Below, piece by piece: positions 61,521 to 64,000 of a stretch of 64,000 bases of DNA. The stretch is from Vicugna vicugna (Eukaryota), in NCBI GenBank assembly GCA_013265495.1, contig MU058198.1:7331779-7395778 (forward strand). Reading direction: 5' to 3'. The number at the start of each line of letters is the position of its first letter. Position 1 is the first letter of the stretch. A model generated the notes under the pieces. That model made no database searches and was not told where the DNA came from. It was given only the letters and a program-made list of their open reading frames with translations. Made by a program: the position numbers and the translations under genes.

Positions 61521-64000
61521 GTTTGGGTGAGGCGAAGCCACCTGAAGAGGATAAAGGCAGAGCCCATCAGAAGGTGTGAATTATTGTCAATATTATTGCA
61601 ATATTAATAAGTAAATATATACATGAATGCATAAACAAATAAACACATAAAACAACAAGTAAACAAAGAAATAAAAGAGGGTGATGAACAGAAAATAACA
61701 ATATGTCAATAGATTGATTTTAATTAAGATTGATTTTAGTTAATCCAATTCTTAGTATCTAAAGAAGAAAGCATGTACCATATGCAATTTGTATAAAAAA
61801 ATAGTGGGGGAACTATTCATTATCTATGCATATAAAAATTTCATTTTCATAGAACAGCTTCTCACAGGGTAACTGGGGGTTGGATGGGAGGGGAGGTCAT
61901 GGATAGGAGACTTTCTTTTTACTGCATACCTTTGTGTAGTGTTTGGAATTTTTGTTTTCCCTTGTGCATAGAGTATCTTTTCAACAAGAGTTTGTGTCAA
62001 GATTTTAAAAATTAAAAATAAAGCCTTTTATTCAGTACAGTTGATGTTTCACAGCAGATGTTTTAAAAGCTCAGTAATTAGTGATACTGATGAGGGAGGG
62101 GCAAACAGGCACACTTTATATCCTGTTGGTGGCACAAGAAATTGGTACAGCACCTTTGGAGGGCAATATTTAGGAGTGTCAATGGGAATCTTAAACGCAC
62201 ATACTCTTTGACCCAGCATTTTTCTTTCACTTTAAGAATTTACCTTATAGATTTTCTTGTACAACTCAAGATATATACATGATTGTTCATCACAGTATGG
62301 TACAAAGTTAGCTATACATCATGTCATATGCACACAATTGACTGTTTGGCAGCTATTTCAAAATGAGATAAATCTGTGTGTATCGACCTGAAAAGATGTT
62401 CACATATATTAAGTGTAAAACAGCAAGATGTAGAAGAATATACACGATATAATGTCATTTGTAGATATCAAAGCCACATACTCATGGAAAACTTCAGAGG
62501 AAATGCAAGTAACTGTTAACGCTGGTTACTTCTGGGGAGTAGAATTAAGAAGGTGAAGGAAAGACATACTTTTTGGTTTATACTTCAGAATACTGGATTT
62601 TATGTTTGACAAAGAGCAAACATTTATTACGACTATTAAAAAACTATTTAAAAAGTTTAAAACACAATGTCAGTTGTATCTCAATAAAGCTGGGGAGAAA
62701 TTCATAAATTAAAAAGGAGCAATGTAGGATCACTGCGAAAAAAGTTTTTAAAGTAAGTCAAGAAGAACAAAAAGAAGAAAAGATCACAGTTTTTGCCTTC
62801 TCATCATCAATAAAATTTTGTCTTCTTTTTTGTTTGCTTGTTTAGATTTAATTATCTTTATGAAATGGAATTGTATTATACATGTTCTTAGTTTTTTTCA
62901 CATTTATCATGTTAATAATATATACCTACAGCATCATTTGTTTCCAAAACCATAAATAATGGTACTTTTTTCTGATTATACAAGTGTGATTCACAAAGAA
63001 GGGATTTCTATAACTGTGTTGCTAAATAAGAAATGACAAGTTGTAGAACAATAGTATAGTATCCTCTCATCTTTGTTAAAAAAAAAACACGTGTGTGTGT
63101 GTGTGTAAAGCTCTAAAAAACAGTTGATGAGAATAGTCATTAAACTGTTTAGAGTAGTTATGTGTGGGAGGTTGGATTGAGGTGGTTTGGATTTTTATAA
63201 CAGTGCTTTTATAATAATGATACATGCATGTGATCAAACATTTTTTAAAAATTCAGACAAGCTTACAAAAATTGAAATTATCCCCAAATCCTACCACCCG
63301 GAGATAATCCCAGTCAACATACTGGTGCACAATCTCATACTTCCTTCTCTGCCCACAAAAGGATATTCATCCTCTCAATTTATAAATTGTAATTATACAA
63401 AATACATCACTCTGCACCCTGCTCTTTTCAGTATATTCCATGTCCGTACCTCATTCTAGTGATTGCACATTATGCCATATAACAGCTACAACTGTAATTT
63501 AATCAAGCAATCCCTTGATGTTGAATTTTAAAAAATCTTTTAAATTGTAAAATATAACACACATTAGAACATATAAAACATATGTACTTCTTAAAGAGTA
63601 ATTATAAGCAAACTTTTGTGTTACCTGTATCCTAGAAACATTTTAAAATTGTTTTTAAGTTAAAATAAAAGTAAGACGAACACCTGTACCATCTCCTAGA
63701 ATTAACAAACACACATTCTGGTTTTTTATAGTTATTTATTTATTTATTTACAAGAAAACAAAATAGGATATATTTTATTCTATTCACCTTTTTTTAGAAT
63801 CCAGTACTTTATGTTCACTCTTCTGTGAATACTTTAATGAACCAAACTCAGTATTGACCTCAGCCCAGTAGTTTCCTTTTGAGGTTTCAACGATCTTAGC
63901 GTCGGCCAGCGGGAGCCCCTTTGCCAAGGTTCTTGTGTCTTTCCAACAAGAATACATTAATCTTTGAAAACTTCCTTGCCTCCTGGCTCAACAAGATGTT

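Noticed and set aside
50750..64000. SRCAP or another gene after FBRS
   Set aside because: No CpG island or exon-like ORF; the region is almost all repeats. SRCAP should lie beyond the window by synteny.

Overview
Mammalian genomic DNA, syntenic to human 16p11.2. It is most likely camelid, judging from the Vic-1-type tRNA-derived SINEs. Four protein-coding genes could be spliced by hand with GT-AG boundaries: ZNF688 (-, 3 exons, 276 aa), ZNF689 (-, 3 exons, 500 aa), PRR14 (+, 11 coding exons, 577 aa) and FBRS (+, 18 exons). FBRS exon 7 shows an apparent ~91-nt frameshifting deletion, which could be real or an assembly error. Three dead KRAB-ZNF paralogs also lie on the - strand: one at ~1-1740, a ZNF785 remnant at 9294-9740 with no zinc-finger exon, and one at ~30200-31580 head-to-head with PRR14. 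All five KRAB cassettes carry a homologous ETS/YY1 CpG-island promoter module, and PRR14 appears to be driven from the module of the last dead paralog. The rest is interspersed repeats (L1, ERV1/MER41-like LTR, MaLR, hAT, Tigger, MIR, Vic-1 SINE) plus a truncated U6 retrocopy with target-site duplications. I see no prokaryote-type system. Gene names and human comparisons rely on remembered human protein sequences, not on database searches.
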